Shown here: piece after piece, positions 17,293-27,285 of the stretch
Position numbering within the stretch: position 1 is the stretch's first letter
Layout: every line of letters starts with the position of its first letter
Notes under the pieces: model-generated
Seen by the model: the letters and a program-made list of their open reading frames with translations, nothing else
What the model was told of the DNA's origin: nothing
Database searches by the model: none
Program-made: the position numbers and the translations under genes
From: Candidatus Woesearchaeota archaeon
GTDB lineage: Archaea > Nanobdellota > Nanobdellia > SCGC-AAA011-G17 > GW2011-AR18
NCBI GenBank assembly: GCA_964430545.1
Contig: CAYSFG010000035.1
Span: 4,463-68,462, forward strand
DNA: 64,000 bases
Reading direction: 5' to 3'

Positions 17293-17934
17293 ATGAAAAA
17301 ATATATACAAGTAAATAAAGAACATTATTTCCATGATTATGATAATCTTGAGAGGTTTATTTCTTATTATTATCAATGCAAATTATTATTAGACTTAAAA
17401 CCTAAAACTGTATTAGAAATAGGTGTTGGTAATAGACTAACTTCTGATTATTTAAAAAATTATGGCCTTAATGTAACAAGTTGTGATATAGATAAAGCAT
17501 TAAAACCGGATTTTATAACAGATGTTAGAAAATTAAATTTTAAAAATAATAGTTTTGATGTGGTTTATGCTTTTCAAGTATTAGAACATCTGCCTTTTGA
17601 AGATTTTGAAAAATCATTATTGGAATTATATAGGGTTAGTAATAAATATGTTGTAATATCATTACCTTTTTATGGAACAAGCTTTGAGATAATACTAAAA
17701 TTTCCATTATTGAATAAATTAATAGGAAAAAGTTATATAAATTTATTTTTTAGATTTAATTATTTTTTTAAAAAGTTTAAATTTAATGGGCAACATTATT
17801 GGGAATTAGGAAGTAAAGGATGTTCATTAAATAAAATAAGAAATATACTAAATAAAAAATTTAAGATAATCAAAGAATTAAGACCTGTATTAAATAGTTA
17901 TCATTACTTTTTTGTATTAGAAAAATTATCTTAA
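17293..17934 (+). CDS. class I SAM-dependent methyltransferase
   Basis: Motif I 'VLEIGVGNRL'; motif post-I 'CDID'. Confidence 0.6.
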   Translation: MKKYIQVNKEHYFHDYDNLERFISYYYQCKLLLDLKPKTVLEIGVGNRLTSDYLKNYGLNVTSCDIDKALKPDFITDVRKLNFKNNSFDVVYAFQVLEHLPFEDFEKSLLELYRVSNKYVVISLPFYGTSFEIILKFPLLNKLIGKSYINLFFRFNYFFKKFKFNGQHYWELGSKGCSLNKIRNILNKKFKIIKELRPVLNSYHYFFVLEKLS

Positions 17935-18792
17935 TGCTTTTACAATTAATTCAGAAACATCTATTTTAGAATGTTTGTTAAGAATTGTATTTGTTGTTAT
18001 TATATTTCTTGTATTCTGTTTTATTTCATCATAAACTCTCTTATCTGCAAAAATACCATGTATGCTAATAACGTCAATAGATTTAGGTTTATATTTTTTA
18101 ATAGTTTTAATTGCTTCTAATATTGTATGGCCTGTAGAAATGATATCATCAATTATTATTATATCTTTTTTTTCTAAATTTATATCTTTATTTAAGTGAA
18201 CCCTAACTTTATTAGAACTAAACCTATTTTTATGCATAACTGCTGCTGAAGCATTAATTTTATTAGCAATACTCTGTGCCCACTGATAACTTTCATCATC
18301 AGGACCTATTATTACAGGATTCTTATAATTTTTAGCTATATAATCATCTATTAAATCATTAGCTGATAATTTTATACATTTTATAGGATATGCTTCATTT
18401 AAATTTTTATATCTGTGAAGATGAGGATCAATAGTTATTAATTCATCAAATACTTTAAATAATTGGCCCATATATTTACTAGTTATCGATTCGCCCGGAT
18501 TAAATCTTTTATCTTGTCGCATATAAGCAAGATAAGGGCATATTGCAATGACTTTTTTAGCCCCTAAATCTCTAGCTGTGTAACCTGCAAATAATAATTC
18601 TAAAGTTGATTCATTTGGTTCATATAATGTTTGTATTAGAATTAAATTTTCATTCTTAACATTAATATTAAATCTTAAATTTAATTCACCATCAGGAAAA
18701 TGATTAACAAATAAATCTGAATATTTAACATTTAATTTTTTAGCTATAGATCTTCCTAACTCTTTTGATTTAGAACAACCTATTATTATCAT
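17926..18792 (-). CDS. prs: ribose-phosphate pyrophosphokinase (PRPP synthetase)
   Basis: 'HFPDGE' near the N-terminus; PRPP-binding motif 'IIIDDIISTGHTI'; 288 aa. Confidence 0.85.
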   Translation of the reverse strand: MIIIGCSKSKELGRSIAKKLNVKYSDLFVNHFPDGELNLRFNINVKNENLILIQTLYEPNESTLELLFAGYTARDLGAKKVIAICPYLAYMRQDKRFNPGESITSKYMGQLFKVFDELITIDPHLHRYKNLNEAYPIKCIKLSANDLIDDYIAKNYKNPVIIGPDDESYQWAQSIANKINASAAVMHKNRFSSNKVRVHLNKDINLEKKDIIIIDDIISTGHTILEAIKTIKKYKPKSIDVISIHGIFADKRVYDEIKQNTRNIITTNTILNKHSKIDVSELIVKALR

Positions 18793-18876
18793 TTTACCTC
18801 TTTATCATTCTAATAATATTATATAAATCTTGTTATTCTTAGTTTTATTTTTTTATTAACTACATAAATTTTATAA

Positions 18877-19239
18877 TTATTCTTGATAATATTCACAGCC
18901 AATGACTAAACATAATTCAGCTTTTTTAAGCTCCTTACCTAAATAAGCAATATGTTGATGAATGTTGAACCATTTTTTATTATTTTGTTTATCATATTCA
19001 AAAATAGAATTATAAATATCCTGTGCCTTAACTCCTCTAAACTCTTTAAAAATAACGTTTTTATAATCACAAATAGCAACACCAATTTCATTAGTATCTC
19101 TATAAACCCTTATTAAAACATAACAACCATCGTCATTTTTATGATCTTTATATCCATCATATGATTTACATTTAATAACTTCAAAATCTTCAGCTACATT
19201 TTTATCTTTAACCCATGATGGTCTGTAATTATCTGTCAT
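18877..19239 (-). CDS. conserved hypothetical protein (possibly DUF4346-like; C-terminal 'HIAYLGKELKKAE')
   Basis: 120-aa ORF; the family assignment is from memory of the motif only. Confidence 0.4.
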   Translation of the reverse strand: MTDNYRPSWVKDKNVAEDFEVIKCKSYDGYKDHKNDDGCYVLIRVYRDTNEIGVAICDYKNVIFKEFRGVKAQDIYNSIFEYDKQNNKKWFNIHQHIAYLGKELKKAELCLVIGCEYYQE

Positions 19240-19329
19240 AGAATATCGAAAAGTTATTAATTATATAAAATTAACCATTTATTGAAAATTTAGGAAATCT
19301 ATATAAACAGCTTAATATATTTTTTAATT

Positions 19330-20178
19330 ATGGTTTTTGAAAATATTATAGGCCCAGAAAGTGCAAAAAAGAGTCCAACTAAATTATTTTTTATAGGAAT
19401 ATTCTTTGCAATAATAGCCGTAATATTTAGTTTATGGATATTTAAACAACAAGCAAGTCTAATAATGGTTTTTTTAGTAGTGATAATGTCTTTACCATTA
19501 GTTTATTTTACATTTAATCAAGAAGAAGAAGAAGACTGGATAATCCCAACAGAAGGCGGAATAATGAGAGAACATACTAAAGCAATAAAATTTTTAATGT
19601 ATTTATTCTTAGGTTTTACTGTAGGTTTTTCATTAGTATATATATTTTTACCAGAAGTTTTAGTACAAAATTTATTTAGTTCACAATTAGAAACAATAAG
19701 TCGTATAAATAATAATGTAAGTGGAAACTCAATATCAAATTCTACTTTTTTTATAATTTTAATTAATAATATAAAAGTAATGTTCTTTTGTTTATTATTT
19801 GCTTTCTTTTTTGGAGCTGGAGCAATATTTATACTAGCATGGAATGCTTCTGTTATAAGTGCAGCGATAGGGACATATTTTAGAAATGGTTTAGCAGAAT
19901 ATGCACACATATTAGGATGGAATAAAGGGGCTATATATTTACAATTATTTGTAGGAGGATTATTAAGATATTTATTACATGGTATATTTGAAATAGCTGC
20001 ATATTTCTTTGCAGGGTTAGCAGGAGGTATTATTTCTATAGCGCTTATTAATTATGGAATAAAAAACAAAGGTTTAAAAAAGATAACTATAGACGTTTCT
20101 ATGTTAATGAGTGTAGCTGTAGGTTTGTTAATAATTGGTGCAGTGGTAGAAGTTTTTGTTACACCATTATTATTTTGA
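19330..20178 (+). CDS. SpoIIM/DUF95-like integral membrane protein
   Basis: Multi-TM protein; 'FGAGAIFILAWNASVISAAIG' resembles the DUF95 core. Ends 4 nt before aglB. Confidence 0.4.
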   Translation: MVFENIIGPESAKKSPTKLFFIGIFFAIIAVIFSLWIFKQQASLIMVFLVVIMSLPLVYFTFNQEEEEDWIIPTEGGIMREHTKAIKFLMYLFLGFTVGFSLVYIFLPEVLVQNLFSSQLETISRINNNVSGNSISNSTFFIILINNIKVMFFCLLFAFFFGAGAIFILAWNASVISAAIGTYFRNGLAEYAHILGWNKGAIYLQLFVGGLLRYLLHGIFEIAAYFFAGLAGGIISIALINYGIKNKGLKKITIDVSMLMSVAVGLLIIGAVVEVFVTPLLF

Positions 20179-20181
20179 GAA

Positions 20182-22830
20182 ATGGAAAATTCTGAAATAG
20201 AAAAAAGGAAAGAGAAATTTTTAAATTATTTTAAAGGAAGATATGATTTATTACAATACTTAATATTATTTATAATATTGATATTAGGTATTTATGTAAG
20301 AATACAACCTTTAGATAAATTAATTGATCCTACAACAGGAAAATATATTACTATAGAATTGGATTCTACTTTATTTTTAAGATATGCTACTTATATTGCA
20401 GAACATGGAAAATTATTTACCCATGATGTTATGAGATATTATCCGTTAGGTAATGAAGTTTCAATTGGTGTTTTTACATCATATTTTGTAGCTTATTTAT
20501 GGAAATTTTTAAATACATTTATTCCAACTATATCAATTGAATATGTTAATAATCTTTATCCAGTAATAGCAATGGTAATAATGACTATATTCTTATTTTT
20601 ATTAATAAGAAGGTTATTTGACTGGAGAGTTGGTTTGTTAAGTTCTTTACTAATAAATGTAAATCCTGGATTTTTATTCAGAAGCTTAGGCGGAAGCACA
20701 GATCATGATATGTTAGGAATAATGTTTATAATTATGGCATTTTATTTTTATGTCACAGGATTACAAACTACTAAGATAAAAAATACTGTTATATTTGGCA
20801 TACTAACTGCTGTAATTGTTACACTTGCTTATTTAAATGGAGGATCTATACAATTTTTTTATTTTACAATAATGGCTTTTAGTTTATTAGAATTATTATT
20901 AGGAAAATTTAATAAAAAAGACTTAGGACTATTTACTACATTTGTTATTACACTTACAATATTATTATTATCTACAGGAAGAATAACATTCTCAAGTTTG
21001 GCAACATCAATAAGTACAATGCCATTATATCTTTTATTATTTGCTGGTTTAATTTATCATTATATATTTGATAAAAATGCAAAATATTTTTACTTTGTAA
21101 AGAAATATGAAAAAATATTTGATAAAGTGCCTCCAAATATACTAGCTATAATAACTGCTTTTATATTTTCATTATTATTTTTAATAATCTTCTACGGTTA
21201 TAATACAATAATCCATATTTTTTCTGGTTTATATTATCAGATATTTAAACCATTTTCTGCGACTAGATGGGTATTAACTGTTGCAGAAAATAGAAGTACC
21301 GTAATTAAAGATTGGATAGGGCAGTATGGTAAGTTTTTAATCTATACATCTGTAATAGGATCAATATTATTATTTTATGAAGCTGTGAAAAAGTTAAAAT
21401 CTTACAAAACACTTACTATTACTTATATTATTTTTATTTTTACTTATTTTATATCAAGATATGATAATTCAGGTACTTTTGCTATAACTTCAGGTCTTTC
21501 TAAATTTTTATTATTATTTTCAGTATTATTAATAATTTTTGTAATTACTTATTATTATTTTAATACCTATAATAAAGATAAGGAAGAGTTTAAAAATATT
21601 TTAGAAATAAATAAAAAATATTCATTGATATTATTTTGGTTTATAATTATGACATTTATAGCAACTACAGCTATAAGATTTTTATTTGAATTAGCACCTA
21701 TAATAGTTATATTAAGCTCGTTTTTTATAATATATTTATTTGATTTATTTATTAATAGAAAAGAAAAATTTATAAGATATAGTGGATTGATACTTCTTGC
21801 ATTAGTTTTATTTAGTCCATTTAGTTTTGCAAGAGGTATAGTTTTTGATCAATATAATGAAGTTTACAATGTTGCAAGATTTACAGGTCCTGCATATAAT
21901 CAACAATGGCAGCAAACAGGAAAATGGGTAAGGGAAAATACACCTATTAATGCAATATTTGCACACTGGTGGGATTATGGATATTGGGTACAAAGTGGTT
22001 TTGAAAGAGCAACAGTAACAGATGGTGGAAACTTTATAGGCTGGTGGAACTATTTAATGGGGAGATATGTTTTAACCTCACAAACAGATGAAGAACCTTT
22101 GAAATTTTTATATGCTCATAATGTAACTAATCTATTAATTATACCTGATGAAATAGGAAAATATCCTGCTTATTCAAGTATTGGAAGTGATCTTAATTAT
22201 GACAGGCTTTCTTATATTCCTACATTTGCTTTAGATGATAGACTAACACAAAAAACAAGAAATTCAACTGTAATATATTATACTGGAAGTTTTGGATTTG
22301 ATGAAGATTTACAATTTAATGGAAAAATATTGCCTAGAAATTCAGCGGGTGTTGCTGGAGTTATGGTTACATTAAGTAATGATGTTAATGGTCAAATAAA
22401 TGGATTAGAACAGCCTGTAGCAATAGCTGGGCATAATAATGAAAGATATAATTTAAAAATGAGTTGTTTATACTTAGAGAAACCATACTTTTTTGATAAT
22501 TATGATATAGACGCATGTTTAAGAATAATACCTACTTTTACTGATAATAATCAAGTTAATGCAATTGGAACTGGATTTTATCTATCAAAAAAAGTTTTAC
22601 ATAGTTTAGTTGGAAGATTATATATATTAAATATAAATTCTAAATATTTTGAATTAATATATGATGAAACAACAAGAGGAATGCCATTAGCTTATTATCA
22701 AGGAAGATTAATAGGACCACACAAAGTATGGAAAGTAAATTATCCTAAAGATTTTAAACTTACTGCTGAAGAATATAATTTTTACACAAGAACTGACTAT
22801 CCTGATATAAACTTAACAAAACCCGTATAA
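20182..22830 (+). CDS. aglB: archaeal oligosaccharyltransferase AglB (STT3 family)
   Basis: Diagnostic 'WWDYGYW' motif (residues about 590); N-terminal 13-TM region; 882 aa typical of AglB. Confidence 0.85.
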   Translation: MENSEIEKRKEKFLNYFKGRYDLLQYLILFIILILGIYVRIQPLDKLIDPTTGKYITIELDSTLFLRYATYIAEHGKLFTHDVMRYYPLGNEVSIGVFTSYFVAYLWKFLNTFIPTISIEYVNNLYPVIAMVIMTIFLFLLIRRLFDWRVGLLSSLLINVNPGFLFRSLGGSTDHDMLGIMFIIMAFYFYVTGLQTTKIKNTVIFGILTAVIVTLAYLNGGSIQFFYFTIMAFSLLELLLGKFNKKDLGLFTTFVITLTILLLSTGRITFSSLATSISTMPLYLLLFAGLIYHYIFDKNAKYFYFVKKYEKIFDKVPPNILAIITAFIFSLLFLIIFYGYNTIIHIFSGLYYQIFKPFSATRWVLTVAENRSTVIKDWIGQYGKFLIYTSVIGSILLFYEAVKKLKSYKTLTITYIIFIFTYFISRYDNSGTFAITSGLSKFLLLFSVLLIIFVITYYYFNTYNKDKEEFKNILEINKKYSLILFWFIIMTFIATTAIRFLFELAPIIVILSSFFIIYLFDLFINRKEKFIRYSGLILLALVLFSPFSFARGIVFDQYNEVYNVARFTGPAYNQQWQQTGKWVRENTPINAIFAHWWDYGYWVQSGFERATVTDGGNFIGWWNYLMGRYVLTSQTDEEPLKFLYAHNVTNLLIIPDEIGKYPAYSSIGSDLNYDRLSYIPTFALDDRLTQKTRNSTVIYYTGSFGFDEDLQFNGKILPRNSAGVAGVMVTLSNDVNGQINGLEQPVAIAGHNNERYNLKMSCLYLEKPYFFDNYDIDACLRIIPTFTDNNQVNAIGTGFYLSKKVLHSLVGRLYILNINSKYFELIYDETTRGMPLAYYQGRLIGPHKVWKVNYPKDFKLTAEEYNFYTRTDYPDINLTKPV

Positions 22831-22835
22831 TAAAA

Positions 22836-24320
22836 ATGGAAATAAATCTTAAAAAAAATAAATTTTTTATTATTTCTATTATTTTACTATTAATAAATTT
22901 TTTCTTTAGACTTATTAATCAATCTAAAATGCTTAAATATTTTCCAGTTGATTATAATACAGATGGCGCTTCTTATATGGCGCAGTTGTTTTTTTTAAAA
23001 TCGTGCGGATTTCATAATATTTGTAATTATTGGTATAATGGATTTGTAAATTTTTTACATAGCCCCCCTGGATGGTATGTTTTTACACTACCAATATTTA
23101 ATATTACTAAAATTGTTAATGTTGCTACTTATATCTCTATGATAATTATATTTTTATTGTCTTTTATTATAATTTATTATTGTTATGGTAAAATAAACTT
23201 TACGAAATTTGAAAGAATAGCCTTATTTATTTTCTTTTTTGGGAATGCAATTGCGGTTGGTAACTTTATAAAATTAATAAGAGTGCATGAACTATTTGCT
23301 TGGATGAATTTTTTAATATTCTTTTTTATAATATATTATTATAAAGATAAACCTATAGATAAAAGAATATATTTAATAAGTCTTGTTTATACATTTATAT
23401 TAATTTCTTATCAAAGTGTTGGAGTAATAGTTTCAATATTATTCTTATCATTATTTTTAGTGAAAAAAGGCAAAGAAAAAATTTATGTTTTATTAGCTGC
23501 TTTATTTTCTTTAATTCTAAGCGCATTTTGGTGGCTACCAGCTATATTAAGATTTAATGATGGAGGAATAGCCGCTCTTCAGCAGGGTATTTGGCTTTTA
23601 AGATTTGATAAACTTAATTTTTATACAAATATCTTTGCTACAATAATCCCTATTATATTCTTAATTACTTTTTATTTATATTATAATAAAAATAAAGATA
23701 AAAATGAATTATTATTTTACTTGCCAGTTATAGTGTTAATTTTTATATTCTTATTTAGAGTTTATCCATTTATTCCCTTCTTTGGGAATATATTCCCAGA
23801 TCCTTATTTAGTATTTTTTATTTTTTTTATATCATTTTTATTTTTTAAAATAAAATTTAGTATTAAATTATTAAAGTTATTACCTTATATTATTTTTATT
23901 ATTGTTTTAATAAGTTTAACATTTAGTGTGTTTAGAACGCCTTTATTTATTGTGCCTAATAGTTCATTAAACATAGATATCGAAAATTCATTGTCTAAAG
24001 TTAATAAATCATTTTTATTCTTTGGTGAACTTGGATCTTACATTCAAATAAAAAATATTTATTCTTATGCTCCAACAAAGTATAATATCTCTACCCCATT
24101 TGGATGGTATCCTGAAGTTAAAAATGTTGAATATTTAGATTCTTATTATAAAAATGTAAATGATAATTTTGTTAAAAAAGACTGTAAAAATTTTAAAAAA
24201 TATGTTCTTTTATTTAATGTTACAGATATTATTACAATAGATAATGACTGTGATTTTTTACTTTCTTGTGATTTTAAATTTAAACATTCTTTTAATAAAA
24301 TATGTATTTATAGTGTTTAG
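22836..24320 (+). CDS. polytopic membrane protein, possible GT-C-fold glycosyltransferase
   Basis: 494 aa, 10 or more TM helices, first loop 'VDYNTDGASY'. Starts 6 nt after aglB. Confidence 0.4.
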   Translation: MEINLKKNKFFIISIILLLINFFFRLINQSKMLKYFPVDYNTDGASYMAQLFFLKSCGFHNICNYWYNGFVNFLHSPPGWYVFTLPIFNITKIVNVATYISMIIIFLLSFIIIYYCYGKINFTKFERIALFIFFFGNAIAVGNFIKLIRVHELFAWMNFLIFFFIIYYYKDKPIDKRIYLISLVYTFILISYQSVGVIVSILFLSLFLVKKGKEKIYVLLAALFSLILSAFWWLPAILRFNDGGIAALQQGIWLLRFDKLNFYTNIFATIIPIIFLITFYLYYNKNKDKNELLFYLPVIVLIFIFLFRVYPFIPFFGNIFPDPYLVFFIFFISFLFFKIKFSIKLLKLLPYIIFIIVLISLTFSVFRTPLFIVPNSSLNIDIENSLSKVNKSFLFFGELGSYIQIKNIYSYAPTKYNISTPFGWYPEVKNVEYLDSYYKNVNDNFVKKDCKNFKKYVLLFNVTDIITIDNDCDFLLSCDFKFKHSFNKICIYSV

Positions 24321-24354
24321 AAAGTATTAAAAAATAGAGTTATTTCTATTTATT

Positions 24355-25047
24355 ATGAATAAAGATCAGGATTATTTATGGGATTTAGGGGAACAAGATT
24401 TTTGGCATATGAATAAAGATAGAGTCTTATTAAAATTATTAAAAGGGAAAAATGTATTAGATGTAGGTGCAGGAACAGGTATGTTTTCTATAAAAATGAA
24501 TGATCTCGGTATGAATGTTACTTATATTGATTCTTATGATAAGTATGTTAATATCGCTAAGAAAAGGGCTGGAAATAGAAAAATAAAATTTATATGTGGA
24601 GATTTTTTAAAATATAAATTTAAGAAAAAATTTGATTGTGTAATTATAAGCGGATTTATAGAACATGTAGAAGATGATATAAGTTTGTTAAATGGAATAA
24701 ATAAATTATTAAAAAAAAATGGAAGATTAATATTATTAACTTCAGCTTATCCATGGTTATATTCTGCATTTGATAAAAGTGTGGGGCATTATAGAAGATA
24801 TACCAAAAAAGAGTTGCTTATGAAAATAGATATTACTGGTTTTAATGTAAAATTTATTAAATACTGGGATATTTTAGGATTTCCAGCTTTATTGTTGACT
24901 AAATTAACAGGAAGAATAGCATTTTCTTCTGAAGGATTAAAAAATAAAAAAATAAATAAATTATTAGATTTGTGGTTTAGAATATTTGAAAATAAAATGA
25001 TTATACCATTTGGATTAGATTTAATTTTAACAGCAGACAAAAAATGA
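24355..25047 (+). CDS. class I SAM-dependent methyltransferase
   Basis: Motif I 'VLDVGAGTGMFS'. Confidence 0.65.
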   Translation: MNKDQDYLWDLGEQDFWHMNKDRVLLKLLKGKNVLDVGAGTGMFSIKMNDLGMNVTYIDSYDKYVNIAKKRAGNRKIKFICGDFLKYKFKKKFDCVIISGFIEHVEDDISLLNGINKLLKKNGRLILLTSAYPWLYSAFDKSVGHYRRYTKKELLMKIDITGFNVKFIKYWDILGFPALLLTKLTGRIAFSSEGLKNKKINKLLDLWFRIFENKMIIPFGLDLILTADKK

Positions 25048-25868
25048 AAACACTATTATTAACAATGGACTTAGAAGAATTTGTTACACCAGCAGAAATA
25101 GGTATGAAAGTTAATAAAGATGAAATGTTTAAAATAAGTATAGAAGGATTAAAAAATTTTAAAAAAATATTAGATAAATATGAAAAATTAAAAGTTACAT
25201 TTTTTACAACATGGGAGTTTGCTGAAAAAGCTGAGAAAGAATTAAAAGAAATATTAGAAAATGGAAGGCATGAATTAGCATTGCATGGATTAGAACATAG
25301 TTTAGACTATCCTAAAATGAATGAAAAAAAATTACAAAAAGTATTGAGTAAAGCTAAAAAAAAATTAGAAAATAAGTTTAATACTAAAATAAAAGGTTTT
25401 AGAGCCCCACAGATGGGAAGTATTAAATTAAGTGTTTTAAAAAAAATAAGGATAAAATATGATAGTTCTTTACATCCTACTTATATACCTGGAAAATATA
25501 ATAATTTTTTTAAAAGTAGGAATATTTATTTAGAAAATGGAATATATGAAATACCTGTTTCAGTAACTCCATTGTTTAGATTACCATTTTCTTGGATATG
25601 GCTTAGAAATATGGGATTTACTTATGCTAAATTTTGTAGTAATTTAAATTTTATAAATTCAGATTATGTTAATATATATTTACATCCATGGGAATTTGTA
25701 AATATAAACATTGATCCTTATAATAAAAAAATATTAAAACTAATAATAAGAAAAACTGGTGATAAATATTTAAAACTAGTTGATAATCTAATAAAATGGT
25801 ATTTTAACAAGAACTTAAAATCTATGACAATAAATGAATATTTGGAAAAAAAATATGGAAATAAATAA
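25044..25868 (+). CDS. polysaccharide deacetylase-like (DUF3473/CE4-like) protein
   Basis: 'KVTFFTTWEFAEK...GRHELALHGLEHS' resembles the DUF3473/polysaccharide deacetylase family. ATGA overlap with the upstream methyltransferase. Confidence 0.5.
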   Translation: MKTLLLTMDLEEFVTPAEIGMKVNKDEMFKISIEGLKNFKKILDKYEKLKVTFFTTWEFAEKAEKELKEILENGRHELALHGLEHSLDYPKMNEKKLQKVLSKAKKKLENKFNTKIKGFRAPQMGSIKLSVLKKIRIKYDSSLHPTYIPGKYNNFFKSRNIYLENGIYEIPVSVTPLFRLPFSWIWLRNMGFTYAKFCSNLNFINSDYVNIYLHPWEFVNINIDPYNKKILKLIIRKTGDKYLKLVDNLIKWYFNKNLKSMTINEYLEKKYGNK

Positions 25869-26439
25869 ACATTTTGATGATAAATCTGAAAATTATACTA
25901 TAAATAGAAATAAAGGAATTTTGGGATTAATAGTAAAAGCAGAAAAATTAAAAGTTTTAGAATTTTTAAATATAAATAAAAATGATTTTATTTTAGATGC
26001 TGGTTGTGGAGATGGATTTTATTCTATAATAATAAAAGAAAAAGAAGCTCAGGTTTTAGGTTTAGACATTTCTAAAGATATGATTTATAGATTAAATAAA
26101 AGAGGTATAGAAGGAAAAGTTATGAATATAGAAAATTTAAATTTTAAGAAAAAATTTGATAAAATATTATGTGCAGGAGCAATGGAATTTTTAAAAAAAC
26201 CAAAAAAAGCTGTTGATTCATTTTATAATTCTCTAAAAAACAATGGTATCTTAGTAATACAATACCCTAGAAAATCATTATTTAGCTATTTATATAAATT
26301 ATATCATAAATTACATGGAATAAATATTAAATTATTTAGTAAAAAAGAATTTGAAATATTAGTTTGTGACGATTTTTATATAGAAAAAAATGAAAATGCA
26401 GGAATAATATCTGCTGTGATAAAATGTGTTAAAAAGTAA
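25834..26439 (+). CDS. class I SAM-dependent methyltransferase
   Basis: Motif I 'ILDAGCGDGFYS'. Confidence 0.65.
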   Translation: MNIWKKNMEINKHFDDKSENYTINRNKGILGLIVKAEKLKVLEFLNINKNDFILDAGCGDGFYSIIIKEKEAQVLGLDISKDMIYRLNKRGIEGKVMNIENLNFKKKFDKILCAGAMEFLKKPKKAVDSFYNSLKNNGILVIQYPRKSLFSYLYKLYHKLHGINIKLFSKKEFEILVCDDFYIEKNENAGIISAVIKCVKK

Positions 26440-26456
26440 ATCTTTTATATGATATA

Positions 26457-27206
26457 TTGTTTGATAATTCTATGAAAAAACCATATTATTCAATTATAAT
26501 ACCTGCATATAACGAAGAAAAAATAATAAGTTCAACAATAAATAAAGTATATTTATTTTTAAAAAAACAAAAAGTACCATTTGAATTGATTATAACTGAT
26601 GATGGAAGCAAAGACAGCACGCTTAAAATAGCTGAAGATCTTTCTAAAAAACATAAAGAAATAAGGATTGTAAGCAATAAAATAAATCAAGGCAGAGGGG
26701 CTGCTTTAAATAATGCTTTTAAAAATTCAAAAGGAGAAGTTTTAGTTTATATAGATGCTGATTTAGCAATAGATTTAAATTTATTTCCTAGATTAATGAA
26801 AGCAATAAAAGAGCAAGGGGCTGATATAGCTGTAGGATCAAAACATTTGAAAGAATCACAAGTAGAATATCCTAAATTAAGGAGAATATTTAGCAAATGT
26901 TATGCTTTTCTTGCTTATTTATTATTAAGATCAAAAATCAAAGATTATCAATGTGGATTTAAAGCTTTTAAAAGAGAAAAAATATTACAATTATTACCAT
27001 ATTTAAAAAATAAAGGATGGGCTTGGGATACTGAAGTAATAATAAAAGCACAATGGATGGGATGGAAAGTTATAGAATTACCTGCTAAAGTAATAAATAT
27101 TTATGGAAGGGAAAGTAAAGTTAAATTGTTTAATGATGTAAAAAGAATGGGATTAGATTTATTAAATTTGTATTTTGAAAAGAAAAAATTTATGAAAAAT
27201 ATTTAA
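26457..27206 (+). CDS. GT2 polyprenol/dolichyl-phosphate glycosyltransferase (Dpm1/AglD-like)
   Basis: 'YSIIIPAYNEE', 'TDDGSKDST', 'YIDADL' (DxD), 'QCGFKAF'. Confidence 0.75.
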   Translation: MFDNSMKKPYYSIIIPAYNEEKIISSTINKVYLFLKKQKVPFELIITDDGSKDSTLKIAEDLSKKHKEIRIVSNKINQGRGAALNNAFKNSKGEVLVYIDADLAIDLNLFPRLMKAIKEQGADIAVGSKHLKESQVEYPKLRRIFSKCYAFLAYLLLRSKIKDYQCGFKAFKREKILQLLPYLKNKGWAWDTEVIIKAQWMGWKVIELPAKVINIYGRESKVKLFNDVKRMGLDLLNLYFEKKKFMKNI

Positions 27207-27233
27207 TTGATATATATTCTATAAAATATAGGT

Positions 27234-27250
27234 TATATATATATATATAT
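27234..27250. repeat. (TA)8 dinucleotide microsatellite abutting a TTTAAATA TATA-like box
   Basis: 'tatatatatatatatat' followed by 'ttaaatac'; lies 48 nt upstream of the likely TTG start (27298) of the secreted-protein gene. Confidence 0.8.
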
Positions 27251-27285
27251 TTAAATACTTAAAAAAATATAATAATATAAAAATA

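Noticed and set aside
17926-18792. Possible functional link between prs (PRPP synthetase) and the UbiA phosphoribosyltransferase candidate
   Set aside because: prs is a universal housekeeping gene about 18 kb away on the opposite strand, so there is no positional support.
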